Assembly (NCBI RefSeq): GCF_009914755.1
Contig: NC_060936.1
Length of the DNA: 64,000 bases
Origin: the human T2T-CHM13v2.0 reference genome, Homo sapiens
Strand: one strand, 5' to 3'
Positions 11,254 to 22,733 of this stretch are shown here, in pieces. The notes under the pieces are model-generated. The model was not told the origin of the DNA and made no database searches. It saw only the letters and a list, made by a program, of their open reading frames with translations. Position numbers and translations under genes: made by a program. Within the stretch, counting starts at the first letter, position 1. Each line of letters begins with the position of its first letter.

Positions 11254-13484
11254 TCAAGTGGCTACTTTTTAGGGTTGAAATTTATATTGACTGTCAACTA
11301 GCTTCCCTAGTTAGTATTTGGGATCTGCTAACTAATTTATATTACCATCCAACTTGTCAACATTTGTTGAAATATAACTGTCCTCACTTTTTTTGTGTGA
11401 ACATTGAATACACTTTCAGACTAAATTTGGTTTATTACTTAATGTCTTATTCTTTATTAGAGTTAATAATATTTCTTAATACTTTGCCTTCCACAAATGA
11501 ATAACTTGTTTGTGATGGCTACCTCTTTTTTTCTCTTAGCCTGTCACAGGTATTATGGATAAAAATTAGCACGGCTGGGCAAAAACAATGAAAGAAATAC
11601 ACTTGCCTGGGAAAGCTGGGGAGGGGTAAATGAATATAATTCAAAATACCATATATTTATTCAACACTGTTGGAATATATGTCCTGTTGGAAATGTAAAA
11701 GTGACATATGTTCTCTTCCTGGGTCTCAGACTTTTAGGATCTAGTTGAGGGAACTGGACTTATACACAAAATACAATTCAACAACATTATGAGCTAGAAA
11801 ATCCATGAGCTAAAGTCTTTGGCAAAGACATTAGGTAACATGAGGAGTCAGGAAAAGGAGAAATTACTGTGGGCTGGAATGGTCTGGGAACATGAGATGG
11901 AGGAAGTGGCTTGTTACTGGAGAAAGGATGAGGTTCAAAGAGATGGGAAAAAAAGAAAGAGAGAAGAAAGAAAAGAAATGAGGAAAAACAAGTTGCCAGA
12001 AAGAACAAGGAAGAATAGAGGCAGGTAAGCAGTGGATTTTGCCCTAGGGAAGGTAATATAACTAGAGACGGCAGTTTCTAACAGGCCATGATGAATAAGA
12101 TACACTTTAGCCCTCATTGGTACGTGCAGAAATTCAAATTTGGAAATTCAAGCTTACATGACAGTAAATATATGTTGGGAAAAAAATAACCGGTAAACAT
12201 TTACATCAGCTCTTTTTCCTAAAGAGAAACCTATTCCATGCTATGAAATATTTGTCACAATTCTGTTTTCAAAATACTTGCTCTACTTTTCCAAGCCACA
12301 AGAGGAAACATTTTCTCTGCCAACACTCTCTGACCTTAACCAGTTTCTCCACTACGTCTACTCTTAAGCTCTCTTTAGAGCTGTGTGTATCTCGTCTTTA
12401 TGTAAACCTCCTAGATGATATACTTATGGAAATATTCAGGCAACTTTTTCATGAACTTTACCAGGAAAGACATTTCTAGCAGGAGAGCATGAATAGAAAT
12501 GGACTCTTCCCCAGTCTCTGCTGGGTTCTGACTGTGGTCACTCTAACTATAAAAAGTGTGTAAAAATCATGAGCAGATTATTTCATTTCCTTGGGGTCCC
12601 TAAAAATTTCAAGGTATCTGTATTAGCACAGGAAGATTTAAATTGATTTCTCAACACATTCAGATATCTTATGAACTTTATTAAGATAAATTTCCTCCAG
12701 CATTCAGAAACTCATATATTACAGAATAAAAAATAAAGCAGAAAATTAGTGTACCTGGCTAAAAATGAGAGCAGGGTTCTATTTCATTTTGGAAAGTCAC
12801 TAAGACAGTAATAATACCATTAATGATAAAATGTTAACATTAGTTAATTATTAGATGTGTTTTTGTATGCCAGCCACATAATATATACTTTTATATGTAT
12901 CACCTACATTTCTAGATGTAAATGTGAGGGAATTATAGTAGTATCTACCTCGTATGATTGCTGGATGATTTAAATGAGCTGTTGTCTCAAAAACTTGGTA
13001 CAGAAAGCAGAAACTTTTAGTTATTAAGATTCTTACTATTCCAATATTTGAATAAAACAGTGACCTGCTAAGAAACCCCAATAATATTCTGATACATCAA
13101 AACCTTCTGGCATTAGATGTTTCTAATCTAACATCTTCATATTAATTTTTTTATGTTTTGATTATCTACATTCAATAGTGAATGTGTTTCTAAACGCTGG
13201 ATGCATTTTTAACTAAATGTGTTTTGTACCACATTTTGACAACTTTTGTTTTAACTATGATTCAGCTTATAACAAAACAAAACAATGCATCTTCTCTCCA
13301 CTGTTAATAAGGTTAATGAAAAGTTGACTTATGAAAAAAATCCTAATTTATGCACATTCTCATTGTTTTCCTTGCTAAGGATATTAGTACTTGACGATTC
13401 TGTAACAAAGAATTATCATGGGATGAAACTTTGATGCAAATATCTTATCAATACAATGTGCTTGATTTTACCTAGATGAGATTT

Positions 13485-13630
13485 TTCTTTTCTTCTTTCT
13501 TTTTTGAGACAGGGTTTTGCTGTGTTACCCAGGCTAGCCTCAAACCCCTGGCCCCTGGCCTCAAGTGATCCTCTCACCTCTGCCTCCCAAAGTGCTGGGT
13601 ATTACAGATGTGAGTCACTGAATCCAGCCT
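13485..13630 (-). mobile_element. Alu monomer (FLAM-like)
   Basis: About 130 bp single-arm Alu sequence with T tail. Confidence 0.8.
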
Positions 13631-14310
13631 CACTTAGTTGGCTTTCTTAGTGAATTATTTTATCTGGTTCTAAAACTTTTTGATAATACTCTCAAATATT
13701 TATGGATTTTATAACATAATTTATGGATTACGTAGTTATGAATTTCATAAATGATTTTGTGGTATTGCCACAGATCATCACCATTATACAGGATGTATAA
13801 CATAACCATGGTTTAATATATTTTCATAAACTATAGACCAAACAAAGACTGGTCAGGACCAGGGCACGCATGCATTTTATATGTGTGGTGCCTATTGGAA
13901 TATGCCAGGCCTCCTGTGAAAAAAATCAGTAAGTGCTTATCTCATAGGACCAACGGCCCAACATTCCTGAAGTCACTACCACACTTTGCACTTATCTCCA
14001 CGTGGAAATAGATAGCCACTGTTGAATTCTGGTGAGAACGACACGTCTGAAATCTCTCAGCTTCACAACCCCTATTACAGCCCTCAGAGAATCTTCTCAC
14101 ATAGCGCCAAACAACAACTTTAGGAAGTGATGTTCCTAGAATGAATCAATTTCTAAAATTAAAAGTGAAAACAATGACAAGGAGAAGGGAGGGTCAGAGA
14201 GGAAAGGCTGATGTTACTAAAAGACAAAAGACAGTATAACCTCTTATGAGGATGGTCCAGACACTCAGGGAAATGCAGGAAGAAATAAAAGATAGGAGTT
14301 TGAACCACAC

Positions 14311-14870
14311 TGTGATGGCTAACTTTATGTGTGGACCCGACCGATCTATGGGACACCCAGATAGCTTGTAAAGCACTATTTCTGGGTGCGTCAGTGAGGG
14401 TGTTTTTGGAAGAGATCAACACTTGAGTCAGTAGACTGAGTAAAGCAGATGGTCCTCACCAATGTGGGTGCACATTGTTTAATCTGTTGAGTGCCTGGAT
14501 AGACAAAAAAGGCAAAAGAAGGGTGAATTCCCTTTCTCGTCTTAAGCTGGGACAGCCATCCTTTCCTACCCTCAGACATGAGAGGTTTGGATTCTTGGAT
14601 CTTTGGTCCCAAGGGCTGACACTGGTGGCCACCTCTGGTTTCAGGTCTTTGGCCCCAGATTGTAAGTTACACCATCAGCTTCCTTGGTTCTTGGGCCTTG
14701 AGACTCAAGCTAAAATACACTACCAGCTTCCCTTGTTCTCTAGTGTAGGGACAGCAAATCATGAAACCTTCTGCCTCCATAATCATATAAGTCAATTCCC
14801 GTAATAAATCTGTGCTTATATATCTATAGCTTTCCTTTTGGTCTGTTTCTCCAAAGAACCTTAATGTACA
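14311..14870 (+). mobile_element. ERVL MLT2-family solo LTR
   Basis: TGTGATGG start, ctgggtgcgtcagtgagggtgtttttggaagagat, gtagactgagtaaagcagat, end ggtctgtttctccaaagaaccttaatgtaca; possible CACAC TSD. Confidence 0.88.
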
Positions 14871-15044
14871 CACTATATGACCTAACCTGTAGTAATGATA
14901 ACCTTATGCAGGTTTGAATAAGATGATGGTATTCTCAGTATCTGGGAGGTATGGGCTAGAGTGATGAACCACCGCCATGAGCCTAGGACTGAGGAGATTT
15001 CTGAAATGTGGAATATTTGGTGTCAAAACCAAGAGATAATATAG

Positions 15045-15935
15045 CCATGTGGAAAACATGTAGAACTATCGTATGATTCAGCAACCCAACCACTGGGAAT
15101 TTACCCAAAGGAAAGGAAACCAGTATATAAAAGAGAATCTGCACTCCCATGGTTATTGCAGCATTATTCTCAATAGCCTAGATATGGACTCAACCTAGGA
15201 GATTAGATGAATGGACAAAGAAAATGTGGCATATGTACACCATGAAATACTTACCAGCTATAAAAAAGAATTAGCCAAAGCAGTGGTGTGTGCCTGTCAT
15301 CCCAGCTCCTTGGGAGGCTGAGGTGGGAAGATCTCGAGGCCAGAAGTTTGAGACCAGCCTGGGCAAAATAATAAGACTCGGTCTCTAAAACAATTTAAAA
15401 ATAGGCCTTCCTTAAAAAAAGAATAAAATCATGTCATTCACGGCAACATAGATGGGACTGGAGGATATTACTGTTAAGTGAAATTAGCCAGGAACAGCAA
15501 GTTAAACCCCACATATTCTGATTCATATGCGGAAGCTAAAAAAACGTTGATCTCATAGAAGTAAAAAGTAGAACAGAGGATGCTGGAGACTAGAAAAGGT
15601 AGGGAGAAGGAAGGGAGAGGGAAAAATTTGTTAACAGGTACAAAAACAAAATTACAGTTAGTTAGGGAGAATTAATTCCAGCATCCTGTAGCACTATAGG
15701 ATGACTATAGTTAATAATAATACTTTAATTAGTCTCAAATAGCTAGAAGGAGGATATTGAATGTTCCCAACACACACAAAAAAATGATAATGTATGAGAT
15801 GATGGATATGGTAGTTATCCTGATCTGATCACTCTACATTATATGTATCAACACATCACTATGTACCCCACAAATATGTAGAATTTTTATTTGTCCATTT
15901 AAAAAAGATAACAAATTTAAAAATAAAATAAAAAC
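15045..15935 (+). mobile_element. L1M (L1MA/MB-like) 3' end with a nested Alu monomer (about 15270-15400)
   Basis: atgtacaccatgaaatac, aaatcatgtcattcacggcaacatagatgggactggaggat, aaatagctagaaggaggatattgaatgttcccaacac, A-rich end. Confidence 0.88.
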
Positions 15936-16334
15936 TAAATTAGTGTTCCATGTAAACCTGGATGAACTGGTCACCCTACGTCTGCCCATCTAGATGGCTG
16001 GTCAAAGTTTCCCAGGCTCCACATCAAGTTGTTCCACTGCTCACTGGAACTTCCCTAGTCAGGTTGGGCAAATAGTAATTTACAGCAATAGTGAATTTAT
16101 CACTGACATTTCTTCAGTTCCCCTCTTTGGCATCTGCTTCTTCTTTTCTGTAATGCTGTTTGTTGAAATGCCCAACATTCTTTTTCTTCCCTAGAGCTAT
16201 TCAGGGTGACCTTTCTTTTCGCATTTTCCCATGCCACTTCCATTATATCAAAATAAAACAGTCCTGTGTGGCCACTGCTCATGACCTTGTTTCCTGCCAT
16301 GTGAAGATAGGATCGGCTGCTCTTTATTCTCCTC

Positions 16335-16672
16335 CTTTTTTTTCAGAGACAGGATCTCTCCCTGTCACCCAGACTGGAGTGCAATGGCACAGTCGTAGCT
16401 TGCTGCAGCCTCGAACTCCTGGACCTCCTCAGCCTCCTGAGTAGCTGGGACTACAGGTGCACACCACCATGCCTTCCTAATCTGATATATATATATATAT
16501 ATTATATATATAAAATATATATATAATATATATATTTTATATATTATATATATAATATATATATTTTATATATAAAATATATATATTATATATATATAAT
16601 ATATAAAATATATATATTATATATATATATATATATTATAGAGATGGGGTCTTGCTCTGTCACCCAGGCTGA
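16335..16672 (-). mobile_element. 5'-truncated AluJ-like element whose middle linker is expanded into (TA)n
   Basis: Alu arm 16335-16480, TA tract, short second-arm remnant 16640-16672; flanks gatcggctgctcttt / gatcagctgctcttt. Confidence 0.8.
16485..16640. repeat. Interrupted (TA)n microsatellite, about 155 bp
   Basis: Pure A/T tract of alternating TA with short AAAA/TTTT interruptions. Confidence 0.97.
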
Positions 16673-17592
16673 AGATCAGCTGCTCTTTCTAATCTGTGGT
16701 TAGATAAGATCTGTCTCCCAGGGGATAAAATACTACCTGGAATAAAGGTATCTTTAAAATAATCCCAGAGAAGAAAACATTTTTATAGTATGACAGAGGC
16801 AGAGAAAACAGAGAATATTTGTTAAGGCAGGACTTTCACCACTCCCAGTACAATCATCTGTCTGTTACCTGCATACCTTACACGGGCTGGCACTGCTGGG
16901 GGTACAAAGTAGATGCCAAACTTCACAATGGTTAGATTCATGTTTAAAAAGCCATTGGATCAAACCTTTGTGAAAGTTTCCAGCTTTTTTCTGTTCCAAA
17001 TATGTGTCCATTATAAAAGAATCTCAAGAGCATAATTGCCAAGATAGTCTATGTCCATGAGTATTTCAACATCTCTCATGAAATCTGTTCCCATCATTAC
17101 TCAAGATATTGTATGAACAGTATTCCACATAAACTAGGTGCTCAATAATGATTGATTGGCCAATGGAGGGTCATTATTTAATGCACTACAATCTTTTATG
17201 CAAGGGGCCCACAGGAATCAGTATGATCCCATAGGAATCCTTTTCTTTTCCATTGAAAAAGAAACAGATAGTGGCTTGTATTAGGTTTCTTGTGTGTGTT
17301 GTGAGGTGGAAAGATATGAAAAGAAATTTGATCAGAGCATAAATCTGGGCCCATGGGATAGGAAAGAATGAGGGAATAAGGAAGAAAACACAGATTATAG
17401 ACAGGAAAATCAAACCTATTAAAACTGATAATTTTCGAATACTAAAAATGTACATTCATTTGAACAAAAAGATTCTATAAAGCAAGATTTCTCTGTTCTT
17501 ACCAGCACTACCATGCCCAAACTACCATAGGAAATGAATAGCAGAGTCAAACTTAAAAGCACCTGAAATTTAAAACAAAAACCAATTTACAT

Positions 17593-17598
17593 TTTATT
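17593..17598 (-). terminator. Candidate polyadenylation signal of CLLU1OS
   Basis: tttatt on + is AATAAA on -, about 0.9 kb downstream of the CLLU1OS stop. Hexamer alone is weak evidence. Confidence 0.45.
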
Positions 17599-18487
17599 TA
17601 AGAAAAGCAAACAGATGGGCCTGCTAACAATGTCAAAGTCTCGTTTACAAAGAAAAAAACAAATCTGGAACCTGAAGTCAAACGAGTTCAAAATAAAAAG
17701 CAAACCAATAAACAGAAACCAACATAAACAGAAGTTACTACCATCTCCCTCAGCCTGTGAAATTCTGGAACTTCTCTTTCTTTCTCGCCTTCTTCTTCTC
17801 TCACCTGGAAGACGAGCAGAGTGAACACATCAGGGGTTGTCAGTTCCCCAGATGGCACCACATTCATAAACCACCGACTCCAGGAGAATGTAGGAAGCTT
17901 AGTTAAGGCCAAAGTTCTCTTTGGATCTTCCTCATGGGCTTCAAGGCAAAAGAAAAAAAAGTTTGCTTGAGAATATCTTCATATCTATTAGTTTGAACCA
18001 TGCAAAATTACAGTTTTTATAGGTAAAATGAGTGCATATTGGCAATTTCAAATGATTAACCCTAATACATTATGCTTTTGGGTATAGAAATATTCAGATC
18101 TTAAACATATGCTGTTACATACAAAATCAGGTATATTCCTGCTTCTATAATTAAAGCAAAGAGAATTTCTTTTGGTCACTACTCCTTCTGACATGAGGTA
18201 TGAACCAAGTTCAGGACCCCTAAAGGTCTGGGTCTGGGTCATTTCTCCACCTCTAACTTGTGCCGCTTTCTTGGTCAGTCATTGTGTTCTGAGCTGTCTC
18301 ATAAAACATCTGCTATGACTTTACTTTCTCCTGATAGGGTGGCTTTCCATCGTTGGCACTTCGTTGGCCTTATTGGTATGCTTTATACACTGGTTCTCGT
18401 TTCCAAATTGGCATTATTATTGTTATGATTCCTGCTGCTCTCCCACATTTCCCATCTTTCTCCTGATCTCTCTCACCTGTACATTTC

Positions 18488-18651
18488 TTACATTTTCTCC
18501 TGTGCTTCCTTCTTCCCATCATCATTGCCCAAGTGTGTCTTCTTTCTTCTCCTTGTCACATTTCCTTTGCCCGCTCTCACATATGCAGAGATGGCTCTTG
18601 GTTTTCCTTCTGAAATCTCATAGTTTGGAGGTAAACTTGTTAGCAAGGCCA
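18488..18651 (-). CDS. CLLU1OS: CLLU1OS coding exon 3 (VALLTSLPPNYEISEGKPRAISAYVRAGKGNVTRRRKKTHLGNDDGKKEAQEKM*)
   Basis: Acceptor TTTGTTCTCTTCTCAG; C-terminus matches the CLLU1OS protein as I recall it; phase fits exon 2. Confidence 0.88.
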
Positions 18652-18899
18652 CTGAGAAGAGAACAAAAGGGAAACATAAGAGAAACCAAGTCACTATCTC
18701 TCTCATTTCCTGGTTTCTAGAAGTAAGACCCAAAGAACTCACTGTTTCAGTGCTTTCAGCTCAGGCCAAACTAGGGTGATCAAACTGAGCTTCTGAGTGC
18801 TGATCAAAACCTATAAAACCAAGTAGACAGACCATCTACAAATCTTCACTGTTAAATACCATAAAGAATGAAAAGGTCACTAATTGGTAAGACTATATG

Positions 18900-19718
18900 T
18901 GTGATAATTAAATTTATGCATCAACCTGGCTAGGCTAAAGGATGACCAGGTAGCTGGTAAAACATTATTCTGGGTGTGTCCATAAGAGTGTTTTCGGAAG
19001 AGATCAGCATTTGAATTGGTGAACTTAGTAAAGCAGACGGCTCTCACCAATAAGGGCAGGCATCATCCAATCTGTCGAAAGCTTGAATAAAACAAAAAGA
19101 GGAAGGGAAAATTTGCTTCTTTTCTTCTTGATCTAGTATATCATCTTCTCCTGCCCTTGGATGTGAGTGGGCCTTCAGACTTAAACCAGGAGTTACACCT
19201 TTGGCTTCCCTGGTTCTCAGTTCTTTGGACTTGGACTGAATTACACTGCCAGGTTTCCTGGTTCTCCAGCTTGCAGATGGCAGATCATGGGACTTCTTGG
19301 CCTCCATAATTGTGTGAGTCAATTTCCATTTTATTTACATATCCAGTTATGCATTGCTTAACAATGGAGATAGGTTCTGAGAAATGCATTGTTAAGTGAT
19401 TTCATCATTGTGCAAACATCATAGAGTGTAACTACACAAACCTGGACAGCATAGACTACTACACATCTAGGCTACATGGTGTAGCTTGTAACCTCATGAT
19501 AAGTATGTATAACATCATGATAAGTATGTATGTATCTACCATATCTAAATGTAGAAAAGGTACAGTAAAAATATGGTATAATCTTATGGGATCACCATCA
19601 TATATGCAATCCTTTGTAGACTGAAATGTCATTGTGTAGTGCATGACTGTATACGCACACATACACAAACACACACAAATATACTATTGGTTCTTTTTCT
19701 CTGAAGAGCCCTAATACA
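18900..19718 (+). mobile_element. ERVL MLT2-family solo LTR carrying the predicted CLLU1 first exon
   Basis: TGTGATAATT...CTAATACA termini, perfect 5-bp TSD ATATG on both sides, MLT2 motifs (ctgggtgtgtcc...ggaagagatcagcatttgaattgg...gtaaagcaga). Confidence 0.9.
19344..19649 (+). mobile_element. Tigger3a/MER7-like DNA transposon nested in the MLT2 LTR
   Basis: TIRs cagttatgcattgcttaac...gtgtagtgcatgactg followed by TA; gttctgagaaatgcattgttaagtgatttc motif. Confidence 0.85.
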
Positions 19719-20024
19719 ATATGTTATACATTTATATTGACTCTATTTCAAAATTTATGGTTTTGGTGAAACATATGTGGAGATGGGGCATAGGTGTGTG
19801 AACTGGGATAGTGTCCTGCTGATGAATGGGTGGGAGGCATCATTTGGGACAAGCCCAGGGCATCAGCTTATAGATATCAAGAGCTCAACAAGAGCACTTT
19901 ATGGCAAAACCTCCCACAAGACCTCTCAGAAGTTGAGAAACTGCTAAAAGTTTCTTTATGACAGATGACATTTATGGATAAAATAGGGATTAGCAGGATT
20001 CTTTAAATACTTTCGAACACTAAC

Positions 20025-20114
20025 CTTCATTTCTACCAGGCAGTGGGGCCCCAAGTGCAGGGCCATAGGAAGTACAAGTCTGGGAGATACTAGGCTGCAC
20101 TGTCTGTAGAGAAT
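20025..20114 (-). CDS. CLLU1OS: CLLU1OS coding exon 2 (DSLQTVQPSISQTCTSYGPALGAPLPGRNE)
   Basis: 90-nt exon, acceptor TCTATTATTTTTTCAG, donor AAG|GTTAGT, phase 1/1, no stop. Confidence 0.88.
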
Positions 20115-21789
20115 CTGAAAAAATAATAGAGTCACTGAAATGCAGTTTGGTATAATTATTGCCATGCATCATAATTCTAAATCATACTAGTGGTCAAATA
20201 CTCTTCCCTGAAAAAACATTTTCTTGGTTTGAATTCTAAATAATTGTTGTGGTCACCACTGAGCTTTTAAATATATAAATACTTTCAAGTTTGCATATTT
20301 TTATTACCTGTTCCTTAACAAACATTGAATTCAACATGAAAATGATTATGGGAAACATTCGGGTATACAGTCCCTGACTCTTAAGGACTCAGGTAAATAC
20401 TTAGGGTATTTCATGGCCCTAGTCTTTGGGGTACCACATGTTTCTTCTTCAAATCACAGATTCAAAATCAAGAATGATAACACAGTGATTGTGTAGACAA
20501 AATAAGTGAACCAAAATTGCTTGCTTCTGTCATTCTATGGAACCACTGAGAGTTTTTACTTGTGCTTAAAATTTTGAATAGTAAAACAGAGTGTCAACTT
20601 CATGCTGGAATATTTTTGGCTTTTTAGACACAATTTTAAGTACATGAAGTATTTTTACAAGACTAAGTAACATCACTGAAATTACAGCTTTCTTCTTTTT
20701 AAAACTGGTATTTGTTATAAAACTAAAGAGCGAATCAAGAAAAGCATAATTATTACTGATTATTACAGGATTATTACTGAAAAAGAAATGTACGGAATAG
20801 AGGAGGAAGGAGTTAACAAATGATCCACTCTGGGTGTTGAAAACACCAATAAGCCTGCTTCCAGGAAGTGCCTAAGACAGAGCTGGCTCAGCTTGCTGGG
20901 TCACAGCATGTAAGGAAACTGCTGGGCTACATGCCACCATCCTCAGTTGTCCAGATAGATAATCCCATAGCCCCATGGGGAAATAATCTTTAATTATGAT
21001 ATAGCTGACACCAAAGCACTATGCTAAGTCCTTTATGTGAATTAACTTTTGTCAAATTTATTTTTCATAAATAACCCAAATATGTATACCACTATTATCC
21101 TACCTTAAAGAGGAGAAACTGAGCTCCTAAAGTTTAAATATCTAACCCAAGTTAAGACTGCTAGTCACCCTAGGCTATTAACTCAGGCAGTCTAACTCAG
21201 GTATAATAACATTATGCTACTGTTTGCAGCTTTGACTATGCCTGAATTATAACGTCATGCTATCTAACTAAAAAGCTAAGGGAAATAAAATGAGCCATAG
21301 GGCTCAATTTCATAAAAGGAGAGAAAATACTGGGGAAAAGTGATAATGCAGAGTTTAAAATATTTTTGTAAAAGTGCCAGAGATTGAGTATAACAAGTGT
21401 GACCAAAAAAAAAAAAAGGAAGAAGGTAAAAAAAAGAGGGAGGTCTGAGAAATAGAAATATCAGAGGAAGGAAATAAAGGAGGGTGAGAGTAAATTCTCT
21501 TTTAGCATTCAGATTCCACAGATTCCACAAATCACATTTCTTTTTTTACCAACTAAGGAAAAATAACACTTGACCTAACATTTCATTGCAGTTAGCTAAA
21601 GGATGCTAGAAAAACTATGTTGCAGTGGTTTGCTCTAATTTCTTCAGGAATAGAGAAAAGTGACAAAAAGATCAGAGAAGAGAAGAAAGGAAACTATCAG
21701 AAAAATACAGAATTGGAGTAGGATATAACATATTTGGGTTGAAGGTAAAATTTTATATTGTAATCTTAAGTATCTTGCTACTTCAGTTT

Positions 21790-21935
21790 GGTCCCTGGAA
21801 CAGCAGCATCAGAATCTGCCGAGGGCTTGTTAAAAAGGCAGAATCTCAGGTCCCATCCCAGACTCACTGAATCAGAATATAAATACTGACAAGATGCCCC
21901 GGGATTCATATGCACAGTAGAGCTGGCGAAGTTCC
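21790..21935 (+). mobile_element. MER5A-like hAT-Charlie element
   Basis: ggtccctggaacagcagcatcag...gcttgttaaaaaggcagaatctcaggtcccatcccagac...actgaatcagaa. Confidence 0.8.
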
Positions 21936-22004
21936 ATTGTAGCCTGTGATTGTTTTCTGCAACTTAGTATTTCTGAGTTTTCCCAAGGAAGAAAACCCAG
22001 GCCT

Positions 22005-22146
22005 TAGCTTCTGGCAGACTTGTGTTTCTCCTTTACTTACTAGCTGCATGACTCATGAGCAAGGAAATCAAACTTTATGTGCCTGAGTTTCCTCATCTAT
22101 AAAATGGAGACTATAATAATCATCTCCTAGGCTTGTTTTGAGGATG
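22005..22146 (+). mobile_element. MIR SINE ending at the CLLU1 start codon
   Basis: acttactagctgcatgac...gtgcctgagtttcctcatctataaaatggagactataataatc...ggcttgttttgaggatg matches MIR core. Confidence 0.85.
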
Positions 22147-22509
22147 TTCAACAAATGCTCCTTTCATTCCTCTATTTACAGACCTGCCGCAGACAATTCT
22201 GCTAGCAGCCTTTGTGCTATTATCTGTTTTCTAAACTTAGTAATTGAGTGTGATCTGGAGACTAACTCTGAAATAAATAAGCTGATTATTTATTTATTTT
22301 CTCAAAACAACAGAATACGATTTAGCAAATTACTTCTTAAGATATTATTTTACATTTCTATATTCTCCTACCCTGAGTTGATGTGTGAGCAATATGTCAC
22401 TTTCATAAAGCCAGGTATACATTATGGACAGGTAAGTAAAAAACATATTATTTATTCTACGTTTTTGTCCAAGAATTTTAAATTTCAACTGTTGCGCGTG
22501 TGTTGGTAA
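22144..22509 (+). CDS. CLLU1: CLL up-regulated 1 ORF, 121 aa (MFNKCSFHSSIYRPAADNS...FQLLRVCW); proposed human de novo gene, translation debated
   Basis: ATG at 22144 (the ORF track starts 2 codons earlier at TTG), TAA at 22507-22509; protein recognised as CLLU1 and corroborated by the interleaved CLLU1OS exons. Confidence 0.9.
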   Translation: MFNKCSFHSSIYRPAADNSASSLCAIICFLNLVIECDLETNSEINKLIIYLFSQNNRIRFSKLLLKILFYISIFSYPELMCEQYVTFIKPGIHYGQVSKKHIIYSTFLSKNFKFQLLRVCW

Positions 22510-22679
22510 TGTAAAACAAACTCAGTACAGTAGTATTCAGTACAGTATTTAAGCCCCTGTACTTAAACATATTCCTCGTACCAATGAAGTTACATGAAAA
22601 GCAAATTTGTGTGAGATATCGTAGATGGAAGTAAATTAGTCTTTATGTTCCCCACAAATTGAAATGCATTTCAAAAACT

Positions 22680-22733
22680 CTGTGTGTGTATGTGTGTGTG
22701 TGACAGAGTGTGTGTGAGAGAGAGACAGAGAGA
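22680..22733. repeat. Compound (TG)n/(GA)n microsatellite
   Basis: tgtgtgtgtatgtgtgtgtgtgacagagtgtgtgtgagagagagacagagag. Confidence 0.9.

Noticed and set aside
10947-11504. Longest ORF in the track (185 aa) and similar ORFs at 7294, 32244, 52795 and 56055
   Set aside because: Translations of Alu and simple repeats (LECSG, SSWDYR, PPCPANF signatures).
18364-18720. 118-codon hydrophobic + strand ORF antisense to CLLU1OS exon 3
   Set aside because: Starts at TTG, lies upstream of the predicted CLLU1 TSS, and its composition mirrors a pyrimidine-rich strand.
14311-19718. Two co-oriented MLT2 LTRs as ends of one HERV-L provirus
   Set aside because: The second LTR has its own perfect ATATG TSD, the copies are clearly diverged, and the interval holds L1, Alu and unique DNA with no gag/pol remnant.
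22424-22437. ATGGACAG|GTAAGT resembles the first coding exon end of genes such as AICDA
   Set aside because: Upstream sequence does not match and no downstream coding exons of a known protein are present; it is the CLLU1 internal exon donor.
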